From NCBI GenBank assembly GCA_020723345.1, contig DYJA01000011.1, forward strand, positions 43,349 through 107,348: a stretch of 64,000 nucleotides of DNA, read 5' to 3'. A program made the translations under genes and the position numbers. A model generated the notes under the pieces. It searched no databases and was not told the DNA's origin. It was given only the letters and a program-made list of their open reading frames with translations. Positions within the stretch are counted from its first letter, which is position 1. The number at the start of each line of letters is the position of its first letter. Shown here one piece after another: positions 8,050 through 18,269 of the stretch. Source of the DNA: Candidatus Aquidulcis sp. (GTDB taxonomy: Bacteria > Chloroflexota > Anaerolineae > UBA4142).

Positions 8050-9963
8050 CGCAGGCAGGCAGAGTCTAGGATGAAACAGCGTATTGCACGCAGGGCATTG
8101 CTTACCCAAACGATATATCCCCTCGACGATTGCGTTACAACTTGGACAGTGTTTGGAGTATCGCCCATTTCCGATGTAGAATAGAGTGACCCCAAGAATC
8201 AGTATTACAACCCCAAGAATCATTCCACTCATTGTGAGCGGATCGAATAGATCGTGCACTGTAGGATTCGTTAGCACATCCAGAACTGGCAAAACAATCA
8301 GACCGAGAATCGCCGCGAGAATTGCTGTAGTTCCCCACAACATTCGACTCGGGTGATGAATCATCCAAGGGCAACTATACCAGCGCAATAGTTGGCGTCG
8401 GATATGCGCGTCGAGTCGCAGCCAAAAAATGAGCGCGATTGGCATTCCAATCGTAAAGAGGATTGCCGGACGCACGACGAATGTTTCCAATACAAACCAC
8501 ACCGGAATTCCTAATGATTCAGGCACTGTGCCCGCGCCGCCAACAAGCGCCCAAGCTGCTTGATCCATGAGTTGCGGATCAAGCAACATGGCGATAGTCA
8601 GCCCTGTGCCGACGAGATATTGCGGAATGAGTTTGATCGCAGTAAACAGCGCGACGATGCGTGTGATTTGATGCGCCTGTTCGTGCGTGCGTTCAGGAAA
8701 CTGACACAACGTCGGCAGTAATGAAAGTGAAATGACGAGGAAGCCAACAATGAATGGAACTTGACTGTTGGGTCCTCGGATGTACCGCGATAGAAAGAGC
8801 GAGCCAAGTGTCAGGTTCAACAAAACGACAGTGATCCCCGCGGTCACCCCAATTGCCCAATCATCCCCGTAAATGGTGTGGGGTGCGTTCAGACATTTTC
8901 GCCGCGTCCTGAGCGAGGGATGCGTGCCGAGCCATCCAGCAAGTCCCCTTAATCTCAACGCGGTCGTTGTTCGCCACTGAACGATCCACGACGCCGCTTT
9001 CTCCCACCTTGTGACCGGCTGCCGTTGGATCCCCCGTATCGCCGACTGCGTCTGCAATTGATTCCACAGATATTCCTCAGTTCCTTGTCGCGCGACAACA
9101 CGCGCATCCGCATACAATTCACGCGTTCGCAAGAGCGCGCGCCAGTAGAAGACCAGCAAAATGATGCTGCCGAGAACAAGTGGCGCGTGCGCGGCGAGGA
9201 TCACGGCTTCGTAGTTTCCCCAAGTTGCTGGTTGTATCTGCGGCGGATGTAACATGATCTCAGTTGCCCGCGGGTCAACTCGGCGCATCATTTCGATCAT
9301 GTCGCGATCAAGCAATTGGCTGAAATCAAAGAAAGAGATGAGCGCGTTGTAGAGAAAAGGAGTCATGGCTGAAACGGCATAGTTCAACGCGATGAACACA
9401 ATGGTAACTCGCAAGAGACTCCGCGAGAACCCAGCCATCCACACATCGTGATGGAGAAAATGCGCGAGCTCATGAATCAGAACCGCGTCGCTGAGGTATT
9501 TTTTCTTTTCGTCTGATGACTCGATCCAACGTTCGAGATACCTGGCGAGTGTTTCAGAGATGACCGCATACCGACGCGTGAAAGAGCCAAACATCAAACC
9601 CCCGACATTTTTCTGCGTCAACATCAAACGTGGGGACTTGAAGCCAAGATGCGCCGCCAGGATGTTCCAGCGTTGAGTCAATGTGGGAAAGCGTTGGTGG
9701 GCATCGGTCATCGCGTACGCGCGTCGCATTTCATCAGGTCTGCGAAGAAAGTCACGTAGGGGCAGGATCAGCATTCCGACGAACACAAAAGGTACGCAAA
9801 TCGGCGTTTCGCCGAATAGGGCGGCCGCGATGGGGAGCGCGACAACGAGGATGATCAAGAGGAAAAGCAAAGTCGTTCGACTGGGTAGCCCAAAAACATT
9901 CAGACGAACCAAGGGCGGTTCAACTGTTGTCGGTTCAGGAAGAGGCGTATCATCGACATTCAT
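7999..9963 (-). CDS. Membrane zinc metalloprotease (M48/BlaR1-like HExxH) with C-terminal zinc ribbon
   Basis: 654 aa with many TM helices. [11 protein letters not shown] (HExxH). C-terminus HCPSCN...CPACN. Last gene of the sigma/anti-sigma operon. Confidence 0.75.
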   Translation of the reverse strand: MNVDDTPLPEPTTVEPPLVRLNVFGLPSRTTLLFLLIILVVALPIAAALFGETPICVPFVFVGMLILPLRDFLRRPDEMRRAYAMTDAHQRFPTLTQRWNILAAHLGFKSPRLMLTQKNVGGLMFGSFTRRYAVISETLARYLERWIESSDEKKKYLSDAVLIHELAHFLHHDVWMAGFSRSLLRVTIVFIALNYAVSAMTPFLYNALISFFDFSQLLDRDMIEMMRRVDPRATEIMLHPPQIQPATWGNYEAVILAAHAPLVLGSIILLVFYWRALLRTRELYADARVVARQGTEEYLWNQLQTQSAIRGIQRQPVTRWEKAASWIVQWRTTTALRLRGLAGWLGTHPSLRTRRKCLNAPHTIYGDDWAIGVTAGITVVLLNLTLGSLFLSRYIRGPNSQVPFIVGFLVISLSLLPTLCQFPERTHEQAHQITRIVALFTAIKLIPQYLVGTGLTIAMLLDPQLMDQAAWALVGGAGTVPESLGIPVWFVLETFVVRPAILFTIGMPIALIFWLRLDAHIRRQLLRWYSCPWMIHHPSRMLWGTTAILAAILGLIVLPVLDVLTNPTVHDLFDPLTMSGMILGVVILILGVTLFYIGNGRYSKHCPSCNAIVEGIYRLGKQCPACNTLFHPRLCLPASLYSPNFLDRKDEQVD

Positions 9964-10748
9964 TGTTGATATTGTCGGACTAATGCGCGCAACTCAGCAG
10001 GATCAGCGCAGATATGACGAGCGTATTCCTGCGCGAGGCACTTTGCCTGCGAGGTTCCGACCTGAATCTCGCGCGCCGCGGCGATTGCCATATCCTCAAT
10101 TTGGGCTTGCAACCGATTCTCTGCAAGCGATGCGTCAATCTGCTCTGGCGTCAATGATTTGACGATGCGTTGCGTTGCCGCGTAGGTCAGTGCGAGGGTG
10201 ACTGTCGCTTCACTCAATTCGCCGGAATCAAGCGCCAGCTGTCGTGCCAAACCGGGTTGCAAGACGAATTTTCCGCCGAGCGCATCGATCCGTTCAAAGA
10301 TGACCTCGGCGATGCTTGCTAGGTCAGGGAGTGGCGCTGATGAAATCGTCCGCAAAATCTGAATGGCTTGGCGTAAAACAAAGTCAGGCAACTTGATTGG
10401 TTGCAGCAAAAAATCAAGATTGGGTGATGGAATAGCGGAAGGGACAAGAATTGCTCCGGCTTGTTCGGCTAGCGTCACCTGGAGTAGTTCGGTGTACTGT
10501 GCGGAACATTCCTCGCATGTATCAAGATGCCGCTTGACCCGCGGAAACTTTTTGGCAATGTGTTCGCCGGCCATCTCAGCATTAACGTATGTCGGTATCG
10601 CGGCGAGACACTCCTCATGCGACAAATCGGCGTCTGACTCCCCCAAAACCGCGCGCGCGAGTTTTGCTACAGTGGGTGGCAATTCCTTGCCGCGCTCACG
10701 CATCTTGCGGCGCAGCACGTCAAGTTGGGCATCTGTGTGATCAGTCAT
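9960..10748 (-). CDS. zf-HC2-type putative anti-sigma factor (no TM seen)
   Basis: Trimmed to ATG 10748 (MTDHTDAQLDVL..), which overlaps the upstream stop (ATGACTGA). H-x3-C-x2-C motif HLDTCEECSAQY. Confidence 0.55.
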   Translation of the reverse strand: MTDHTDAQLDVLRRKMRERGKELPPTVAKLARAVLGESDADLSHEECLAAIPTYVNAEMAGEHIAKKFPRVKRHLDTCEECSAQYTELLQVTLAEQAGAILVPSAIPSPNLDFLLQPIKLPDFVLRQAIQILRTISSAPLPDLASIAEVIFERIDALGGKFVLQPGLARQLALDSGELSEATVTLALTYAATQRIVKSLTPEQIDASLAENRLQAQIEDMAIAAAREIQVGTSQAKCLAQEYARHICADPAELRALVRQYQQ

Positions 10749-11094
10749 GGGGCGTCTCCAGAAACGACAGATCCGGCGAAGGGAATGCGGATGGTCGCGG
10801 CAATCGTCCGAGCGAGTCGAGCAATGAGATTTCAAGCAACTCTGCGTACAGCAAAGCACAGTGATCGCAGATCAATAAATGCTCGCGAACGGACGCATCG
10901 AACATGGCTAGTTTTGCAATCATCTCCGAATCTACCAATGCTGGAAGCGCCGCGCGGCATCGAGCGTGTGCTTTTGGGTTGGTTCGGATATTCCATGCTG
11001 CGCTAGCGAGTCGACGGAGTGGAGTCGGCAACACGTCTAGCTCTGACGACTCGAGTTTTCGTCGAATTTGCCGATGAGAGATGACAGCCATCAT
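10741..11094 (-). CDS. zf-HC2-type putative anti-sigma factor, small
   Basis: 117 aa. HLLICDHCALLY (H-x3-C-x2-C). ATGA overlap with the sigma gene stop. Confidence 0.55.
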   Translation of the reverse strand: MMAVISHRQIRRKLESSELDVLPTPLRRLASAAWNIRTNPKAHARCRAALPALVDSEMIAKLAMFDASVREHLLICDHCALLYAELLEISLLDSLGRLPRPSAFPSPDLSFLETPHD

Positions 11095-11885
11095 TTGAAA
11101 TAGTCTCCCAGGGACTCAATGAATACCTGGCATTTGCGTAGTGTGTGCAAAGCGCGGTGACGCAGGACGTGGACGTTGCCGATTGTGATACCGAGCATTT
11201 CTGCGATTTCTTTGTATCCGCACTCGTTGAGAAACGACTCGATGATGATGGCGCGTTGTCGCGGATCTTTGAGACACTTTTGGATCACGTCAAGCAATTG
11301 CTGTCGCAAATGGGCGTTCATCGCCCAGTCGGTCGTTCCATTCTCATGTCTCGCAGAAAATTGATTCAGCTCTGATTTTGGAGGCTCGTCAGAACGGTTT
11401 ATTTCTTCTTCCGTGAGGACATCGAATGAATCTGAAATCAAATGCTTGTTCTTGCGAAACCAATCGTTCACTTCATTGATTAGGATCATACTTGCCCAGC
11501 CCAAGAAACTGGCGGGGTCTTTGCATTGTGATAGATGCTTCCAGGTTTTTTCGAGCGACTGTTGCGTCAAATCCTGTGCGAGTTCGGTATCGTGGGTTTT
11601 ATACAAAGCAATTGGGAACAGATAGTTCCACAGTTCCGTGAAGGCGCATTGCTGACGTGGCGTGTTTGACCCCGCACACTCCGCGTGCAAAATGACACAG
11701 TAATGTCGCACCACCGCGCGTTGAATGGCAGTTCGCTCTTGCGTAGTGTCAGCAATGCCACGTTGGCAGATTTCAGCGCAGATTTCAGCAGCGAATTGTC
11801 CCTGATCTTCGACCAACTGCCAGCCATGGTCAGCCAGCGTCTTGAGAACGACTTCGCGGCAGCGTTTTTCCGATGAATCTTCCAC
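11091..11885 (-). CDS. ECF-type sigma-70 family RNA polymerase sigma factor with N-terminal extension
   Basis: Region 2 DLTQQSLEKTWKHLSQCKDPASFLGWASMILINEVNDWFRK. Region 4 HTH CGYKEIAEMLGITIGNVHVLRHRALHTLRK. Confidence 0.8.
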   Translation of the reverse strand: MEDSSEKRCREVVLKTLADHGWQLVEDQGQFAAEICAEICQRGIADTTQERTAIQRAVVRHYCVILHAECAGSNTPRQQCAFTELWNYLFPIALYKTHDTELAQDLTQQSLEKTWKHLSQCKDPASFLGWASMILINEVNDWFRKNKHLISDSFDVLTEEEINRSDEPPKSELNQFSARHENGTTDWAMNAHLRQQLLDVIQKCLKDPRQRAIIIESFLNECGYKEIAEMLGITIGNVHVLRHRALHTLRKCQVFIESLGDYFK

Positions 11886-12119
11886 CGATTGTTCCCCTAT
11901 TGAGATGCCACCTTCAGTCTACGCTGACATTCTACTTGTAATGACGTGAAAATGCAAAAAGTCCTTGCGGTCTCTCCGCGCCGGTTGTAAGTGACCGGCG
12001 CGTTTTTGCGTCTTGGCAAGTGAGAGGGGAATGCCAAAAACAGGCAAGAAGGAGGAATCATGCAAGCAAAGGTATTTCGGCGAACCGAAACACACAACAG
12101 GGTATCAGGAGGAATAAAG

Positions 12120-14576
12120 ATGAACACTCAGTTCGTGCGTTTGACGGTTGTCTCGCTGGTTATGGGGATTGCGGTCTTGCTCGGCGGCGCACCTGACACC
12201 GCGTACGCCGGCAGCTGTACCTACGGCGCAAACCAGATCGTACTCTATGAGCACCCAAACTATCAGGGGATATGCAAGACCTTGAATGTCGGCGACTACA
12301 CCAACCCAGCCGCAATGGGTTTTCCAAACGATGCCGCGTCTTCGATCCGAGTCGGCGGTAATGTAAGAGCGCAATTGTGTGAGCACGACGGCTTCAATGG
12401 TACTTGTGAATGGTTCACTGGCGACGATTCTGACTTGGCCAACAATGCGATCGGACACGACCGCACATCATCGGTCAGAATGCAAATGAAGAGCGCCGCC
12501 AGCACCAACTGTGACGGAAGTGAAGGGGTATATGTTTACGAACATCCCAACTACCAGGGACGGTGCTCCAAGTTTACCGCCGACTCACCCAACCCTACGG
12601 GCTGGTATGTTGGCAACGACGCGGCATCCTCGATTCGGTTTGTCGGCAGTTGGATGGCAATGCTGTACGAGCACGACAACTACCAAGGCGCGTCGTCAAC
12701 GTTTCGGAGTGATGATCCAGACTTTGGGAATGACGCCATCGGACATGATCGCGCTTCCTCGATCCGAGTTCAGCGCGGCGGTGGAAATACCTGTACCAAC
12801 ATCCCAAGTGGCCAGTACTGCGTTGATTACTACAATAACCGCGATTTGAGTGGCACCCCTGTTTTCTCCCGAAACGAGGGAGGCATCAGCTACGATTGGG
12901 GCAACGCGAGTTCGGGCAATGGTGTCAACAGCGATAACTTTTCTGCGCGCTGGCGTGGACGGTTTGGGTTCGAAAGTGGCAACTACGTCTTCTCGGCAAC
13001 TGCCGACGACGGCATTCGCGTCTATGTTGATGGCAATCTCGTAATCGACGCTTGGCGCGATCAGGGCGCAACGACATACAGACAATCGCGTGCTATGAGC
13101 ACTGGCGAACACGAGGTCAAAGTCGAATACTACGAGAACGGAGGTGGCGCGGTCGCACGCGTCAGTTGGCAAAAGGAATCCGTACTCGACTGTTCCAATC
13201 AGTATCGTGTCGAGTACTTCAACAATCGCTCCCTCAGCGGAAGCCCCACCTATGTCGTCTGCGAAGGTTGGTCCATCAACCATGATTGGGCAAATGGCGG
13301 TCCTGGCAATGGGGTCGGCAGTGACAACTTCTCGGCTCGTTGGACGGGACGCGCCTATATCGCGGCTGGCACGTACAATTTCATTGCGCGCACCGATGAT
13401 GGCATCCGCGTCTGGTTGGACGACACACTCATCATCGACGGCTGGCGCGATCAACCTCCAGCGGAGTATCGCGTCACGCGTGCCGTCGCCGAAGGGAATC
13501 ACAACATCAAGGTCGAATATTACGAGAACGGTGGCGGCGCAGTGGCTCAATTCCGGTGGGAAAAGCAAACAGTGAATTCTTGCGGCAACATTCCCGCCGG
13601 ACAATATTGCGCCGAGTACTACAACTCGCGCGACCTGAGTGGCGCACCTGTGTTGGTGCGCAACGAAGGGAACATCAACTACGACTGGGGCAATGGCAGT
13701 CCAGGCAGTGGAGTCAACAACGACAACTTTTCTGCGCGCTGGCGCGGTTGCTTCACTTTTGACAACGCGAGCTATACGATCACTGCCCGTGCGGACGATG
13801 GCATTCGCGTGTCCATTGACGGTACCCTTGTGATTGATGCTTGGCGAGATCAGGCTGCAACGGAGTACCGCCAGACGCGCACGATCGGTGCGGGCGAACA
13901 TGAGATCAAGGTGGAGTATTATGAGAATGGCGGCGGCGCGGTAGCGCAGGTGCGTTGGGAGAAAAACGCGTCGTCGGACAATGGCTTGCGCGGCAAGCGA
14001 GTGACATTGGATCCTGGGCATGGTTGGCAAAGTGATCCGGGAGCAACCGGCAATGGCATGCAAGAGAAAACCATTGTGCTTGATATTGCCAACCGGGCGA
14101 AAGTGAACCTGGAGGCGTACGGCGTCCAGGTTTCGATGACGCGCACTGGGGATGAACCTTTGCTGGGTTTGTCGTACGCTGCAATTCGCGCGAATCAACT
14201 CGATGCGAATTTGGTTGTGGCGATTCATGCCAATGCTGGAGGTGGCACGGGAACAGAATCATGTTACGTGGTCAACAAATCAACCAGCGCGGCGAGCCAG
14301 CGCCTTGCCAGTCTCCTCACACAGCAAGTGTCAAACCAGTTAGGATTGTACAAGCGTGGGGACTTTCCTGAGAATGCTGGAGATCGCTGTGCGCGCAAGA
14401 ATGCCACCGGATGGAACCAGTTATACATTCACGAGATGAACCCAGTGACTGCATTGATCGAGACGGCGTTCATTGATGGCCCTTCGAACAATGATGTTGC
14501 AAAACTCCGCGACCGGCGTGGAGACTTCGCCAAAGCCATCAGTGACGCCATTGCGCAATATCTGAAATCACAGTGA
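12120..14576 (+). CDS. Secreted cell-wall hydrolase: 2 beta/gamma-crystallin domains, 3 PA14 domains and an N-acetylmuramoyl-L-alanine amidase (Amidase_3)
   Basis: SD CAGGAGG then ATG 12120. Signal peptide. VLYEHPNYQG..ASSIRV Greek-key repeats x4. YYNNRDLSG..DNFSARWRG..ADDGIRV..VEYYENGGGAVA x3. C-terminal VTLDPGHG..VVAIHANAGGGTGTE. Confidence 0.85.
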   Translation: MNTQFVRLTVVSLVMGIAVLLGGAPDTAYAGSCTYGANQIVLYEHPNYQGICKTLNVGDYTNPAAMGFPNDAASSIRVGGNVRAQLCEHDGFNGTCEWFTGDDSDLANNAIGHDRTSSVRMQMKSAASTNCDGSEGVYVYEHPNYQGRCSKFTADSPNPTGWYVGNDAASSIRFVGSWMAMLYEHDNYQGASSTFRSDDPDFGNDAIGHDRASSIRVQRGGGNTCTNIPSGQYCVDYYNNRDLSGTPVFSRNEGGISYDWGNASSGNGVNSDNFSARWRGRFGFESGNYVFSATADDGIRVYVDGNLVIDAWRDQGATTYRQSRAMSTGEHEVKVEYYENGGGAVARVSWQKESVLDCSNQYRVEYFNNRSLSGSPTYVVCEGWSINHDWANGGPGNGVGSDNFSARWTGRAYIAAGTYNFIARTDDGIRVWLDDTLIIDGWRDQPPAEYRVTRAVAEGNHNIKVEYYENGGGAVAQFRWEKQTVNSCGNIPAGQYCAEYYNSRDLSGAPVLVRNEGNINYDWGNGSPGSGVNNDNFSARWRGCFTFDNASYTITARADDGIRVSIDGTLVIDAWRDQAATEYRQTRTIGAGEHEIKVEYYENGGGAVAQVRWEKNASSDNGLRGKRVTLDPGHGWQSDPGATGNGMQEKTIVLDIANRAKVNLEAYGVQVSMTRTGDEPLLGLSYAAIRANQLDANLVVAIHANAGGGTGTESCYVVNKSTSAASQRLASLLTQQVSNQLGLYKRGDFPENAGDRCARKNATGWNQLYIHEMNPVTALIETAFIDGPSNNDVAKLRDRRGDFAKAISDAIAQYLKSQ

Positions 14577-14580
14577 CTGA

Positions 14581-14628
14581 CCAAAGAACAAACTGCCCTC
14601 GAACGAATGAGGGCAGTTTGTTCTTTGG
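14581..14628 (+). terminator. 20-bp perfect-stem hairpin immediately after the amidase stop (no T-tract)
   Basis: CCAAAGAACAAACTGCCCTC-gaacgaat-GAGGGCAGTTTGTTCTTTGG. Confidence 0.5.
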
Positions 14629-14746
14629 GGGAGCAAGAGTGCCGTGGGGTTTTGAATACCAAGCCCGCTAACGAGTCAGCGCCCCAAGTTGTAAGTCAAC
14701 CAGGCACTTTGTCGTCCTTTCTGGCAAGAAGGGAGGTGAAAGAGAA

Positions 14747-14941
14747 ATGAAGACGTTCATGGTGTTCCTGGTCATCGCGTTGCTGCTCATCGGTGTCGCG
14801 GCAGACGTAATGCCCTCGGTGATCGCATTGAACAGCCCAAGCGACCACGCTGTGCCGGTACTCTCGATCGATGGCGCAGCTCCATTGCTCCGAATTTCGT
14901 GTGCGAACGAGCCGTGCCAATGCCCTGGAGGGGATTGCTAG
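14747..14941 (+). CDS. Small secreted Cys-rich peptide (64 aa)
   Basis: SD GGGAGG. Signal-like MKTFMVFLVIALLLIGVAA. C-terminus CANEPCQCPGGDC. Has its own terminator. Confidence 0.5.
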   Translation: MKTFMVFLVIALLLIGVAADVMPSVIALNSPSDHAVPVLSIDGAAPLLRISCANEPCQCPGGDC

Positions 14942-14957
14942 CGCGCCGGACCTGATG

Positions 14958-14994
14958 GATGGGAGACAGTTCGGTGTCTCCCATCTTTTTGTTT
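14958..14994 (+). terminator. Rho-independent terminator
   Basis: GATGGGAGACA-gttcgg-TGTCTCCCATC followed by TTTTTGTTTC. Sits between convergent genes. Confidence 0.75.
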
Positions 14995-14995
14995 C

Positions 14996-17900
14996 TTATG
15001 CTCGTCCAATGAGAACGAAGGGTGCCCATTGGTACGCAGGGTAGCCGGCATGGATCATTTCCACTTGCGCTTGGCGCAATGCGACAGCCGCATTATTACT
15101 TTGAATCAGATGATGATAAAACCGTCCGGTTAATTCTGCCATCGGCTGATCTTCAACCTGCCACAACGTGGCAAGCAAGGCGCGCGCACCGGCGTAGAAA
15201 AACGCGCGCGCCAAATCAACCAGTTCATCTCCCTGCCCACCTTCGCCCAACGCGGTCTGACACGCGGATAGCGTGACCAGACGCGCATTCAACGTCAAAT
15301 CGAGAATATCCATCACGGTGAGCACGTCATCAGCCAGCAGTACACCTGACCGATGCGGAGCAACGCGGTCCAGGATGGCATGGGTCGCAAAGTGGAGCAC
15401 ATCGAATTTCTGCAACTCACCGGCAGCATCCAGTTCAAGCAGCTTGCGCCGGGTCGCTTGACCTTCCAGGAGAGACGCCCCAACCCCGTCAAATGCTTGG
15501 CGTACTAAGTCTACCTCGACGGTAGCAGATGGGAGCGAATGCATCTGATCGCCAAAATGGGAGACGCCCACGACGAATGGTCGCATCACACTGCCATCCC
15601 TAGACATATCGTTCAGCAATTGCAGTGCCTGTAGGCATGGCAAATAGAGCAACGTGTGTCGCTCGATCAGAAAGGTAGTATCGTCCATGAGCGCGTGAAA
15701 CGGCAGTCTGTGCAACGCGCTGTGCGGTGAGATAATCAAGGTCGTTCCCAGTTCTCGCGGAATCAGCAAAGAGTACAGGCGCTGCAAATAACTTGCGCCC
15801 GATGAAGGCACCTCCACGCCGCGTAGTGTACCGCGGAAAATCAGTTCCCGCAGATCCGGTTCGGACGCTGTACACTGTTCCAAGAGCGCGCGACTATATG
15901 CAGAGAGTTCTTTGCGCTCCACGTACGCTTCGGTCGGACTGACCACAACGATGGTCAGCATATCGTCGGTGAGGTAATAATCCAGTGCAGTCCAATCCGT
16001 ACCAAACGCCGCGTTTGCCGCGTCGCGAAATTTTGTGAGCGCGAAAGGCGCAGGAATCGAAGTACCTGCCAACCCCCGCGTCCCCAATTGCAATTGGACG
16101 ACGATTGATTCGTACGCCCGGCTCAGCGCTTGCAATTCTTCAAGCGCCGCGGCAGAAATGGAGTCCAGGGTCTTGTTTCCACGCAATGCCCCGCCCAATT
16201 CTGGCGCTGTCTGCATGACCATGCGCCCGCGCATTTTGGCGAGTTGATAGCGCAGTTCCTTTTCGCGTCCGATCAAATCGGCGATGTACGGATCGTCGCG
16301 GTCGGACCGCTGCCGCCAACCGCGATTCTGCAGCAAGGTCAGAAAGGTCCGCGCTTTGCTGGCTTCGATCACCTCGAGCGCGGATTCGGCGCCTGGTTGC
16401 TGTACGGGGACGGAGAGTGCATCGTCAAATACCGATTGGCGGCGCGCAAAGAAATCGTTGCTGATCTGTTCGGTCACGAGGGTTGAACGCGTGGTGGCAA
16501 CCGTGCGGACTGCACTCGCATAGTGACGGAGCGCTGCGGTGTGGTTGCCCGATAGCATCGCACAACGCGCCAGACCGTATTCTGCCCGCCACGCTTGGTC
16601 AGGAAACGCGGGTGAGAGCGTCGCGCACGCGCGCCGGAAGCAATCTTGCGCTAGAGCCAGTTCACTCCAGTGCAACCGCAATTCGCCTTCCGTGAGATCA
16701 CACAACGCAGCATCTACGACTTGGGTGTGGGTGCGGAAAAGCCGGCGAGCATTCTCGACGCGCGCGAGCGCATGCTCACGCGTAATCGTCGTCGGTGCCA
16801 GCAAGCGGTCGCAAACGGCGACGAGGGAATCCCAATGGTCTGTCGCCGCCATACCTCGCGCTTGCTCCAGACACTCGACCGATTCGGTAATTCTGCCGCA
16901 AGCCGAATGGATTTCCGCCAAGACGATGTTGCATTGAATCAGAGCTCTGCGTTGCTGATGCTGCGCGAAGATTTCCTTCGCGCTTTCCAAGTGGTTCAGG
17001 GCTTGGTCGTACTGTCCCAAACAACGATAGCAAGCCGCGAGACTGGTTTGGATGCCAGCGGCCGATTGGAAAATGTGTTTCGATGTGAAGATTTGCAGCG
17101 CACGATGATACAGATCAAGCGCTTTTGAAAAACGCCCTTGCCTTGCATAAACCAATCCCATGTTGTTGTAGAGTCGAGCCGCCTTTGTCTCACGACCATC
17201 CGCGAGGGAGAGATTGGCGGCTTCCTCGTACAGCGCCAGTGCTTCATCGTCTCGATTGAGCAGGTAGTATGTTCCACCCAGGTTGATATCGCAAGCAGAA
17301 ATTTCTTTGCGAATATCGTGCGAGAGGAAGTAATCACGCGCCTGGTGAGATGCCTTTAGTGAATCGTCAAAACAATTCAAGGATTGATGAAATAATCCCA
17401 ACAGCATATCACACCATGCCACGAAGAAATCGGCTTTCAAGTCTTCCAAGGCGCGGCGTGTCCGCAAAGCCAACTCCAATCCGTCGCGATAGCGATTTGC
17501 CGCCCAAAGTGCCAATGCAATGAAATAATCACACAGCCTGACATCCAAAACGCAACCTGCCGTCTCAAACTCTCGCCGCAGCAATTCCAAAGAAGTGATC
17601 CCCTCACCGCGTTCGCTGAGGACCTGCGTGTGCGCTAGTTCGCGTTTGCAGCGTGCGGCATCGAGGCGCGACTGCGCGGATTGGAATGTGTCGCGCGCTT
17701 TTTCAAAGAGTGCGATTGCTTCAGGGTAGTGGGATTGATCACGCAGCACGCGCGCGTGAATCCAGTCGCAGCGCGCATGGATGAGGGATGCTGATGTCGC
17801 CGCGCGCGCGCGTTCGATCGCGGTAAGGGTTTGGCTGAGATCGCCGATGAAGGTGTGCGCCCATGCGGCTTCACACAGGGCGCGCGCCGCGTCTTCCGCA

Positions 17901-18268
17901 TTCTCAGCCACGGCAAAACTCTCAGCGGCTTGGTGACACAGCGGCAAGGCAGTCCTAAATTCGCCCAGCCGGTTCAGCGCGCGGGCGAGTACGAGCCCGG
18001 TTTCAGCTTGCGCGCGCGCCATTGCTTTGGTGTGCGCCAGTTCATACGCGACGCGCGCGAGCGCGCACGCTTCGCGCGGGGTCTGATCAAGACACGCGCG
18101 CGACGATTCAATCAGTTCCGCGAGCGCGTGTTCAATTGGACTCGGTGGAGTTTTGGCGACGACAGCGAGAATTTCTGGGGGGAGAATGGATTGGTGGGTT
18201 GCAATCGAAACAGACAACTGACGCGCCACTTGGCGCGCCGTGTCTAAAATATCAGGGGCTGGCTCCAT
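14996..18268 (-). CDS. TPR-repeat protein with C-terminal CHAT (caspase-like) domain
   Basis: Trimmed to ATG 18268 (MEPAPDILD..), 1 nt after the upstream stop. CHAT signature FDVLHFATHAILD...LVTLSACQTALG...ARAFFYAGARALLATLWQVED. Confidence 0.85.
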   Translation of the reverse strand: MEPAPDILDTARQVARQLSVSIATHQSILPPEILAVVAKTPPSPIEHALAELIESSRACLDQTPREACALARVAYELAHTKAMARAQAETGLVLARALNRLGEFRTALPLCHQAAESFAVAENAEDAARALCEAAWAHTFIGDLSQTLTAIERARAATSASLIHARCDWIHARVLRDQSHYPEAIALFEKARDTFQSAQSRLDAARCKRELAHTQVLSERGEGITSLELLRREFETAGCVLDVRLCDYFIALALWAANRYRDGLELALRTRRALEDLKADFFVAWCDMLLGLFHQSLNCFDDSLKASHQARDYFLSHDIRKEISACDINLGGTYYLLNRDDEALALYEEAANLSLADGRETKAARLYNNMGLVYARQGRFSKALDLYHRALQIFTSKHIFQSAAGIQTSLAACYRCLGQYDQALNHLESAKEIFAQHQQRRALIQCNIVLAEIHSACGRITESVECLEQARGMAATDHWDSLVAVCDRLLAPTTITREHALARVENARRLFRTHTQVVDAALCDLTEGELRLHWSELALAQDCFRRACATLSPAFPDQAWRAEYGLARCAMLSGNHTAALRHYASAVRTVATTRSTLVTEQISNDFFARRQSVFDDALSVPVQQPGAESALEVIEASKARTFLTLLQNRGWRQRSDRDDPYIADLIGREKELRYQLAKMRGRMVMQTAPELGGALRGNKTLDSISAAALEELQALSRAYESIVVQLQLGTRGLAGTSIPAPFALTKFRDAANAAFGTDWTALDYYLTDDMLTIVVVSPTEAYVERKELSAYSRALLEQCTASEPDLRELIFRGTLRGVEVPSSGASYLQRLYSLLIPRELGTTLIISPHSALHRLPFHALMDDTTFLIERHTLLYLPCLQALQLLNDMSRDGSVMRPFVVGVSHFGDQMHSLPSATVEVDLVRQAFDGVGASLLEGQATRRKLLELDAAGELQKFDVLHFATHAILDRVAPHRSGVLLADDVLTVMDILDLTLNARLVTLSACQTALGEGGQGDELVDLARAFFYAGARALLATLWQVEDQPMAELTGRFYHHLIQSNNAAVALRQAQVEMIHAGYPAYQWAPFVLIGRA

Positions 18269-18269
18269 G

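Noticed and set aside
12696-14228. 510-aa antisense ORF inside the PA14/amidase gene
   Set aside because: It lies opposite a gene with strong domain evidence, and its product is Arg/Ala-rich and low-complexity. This is a typical GC-rich antisense artefact.
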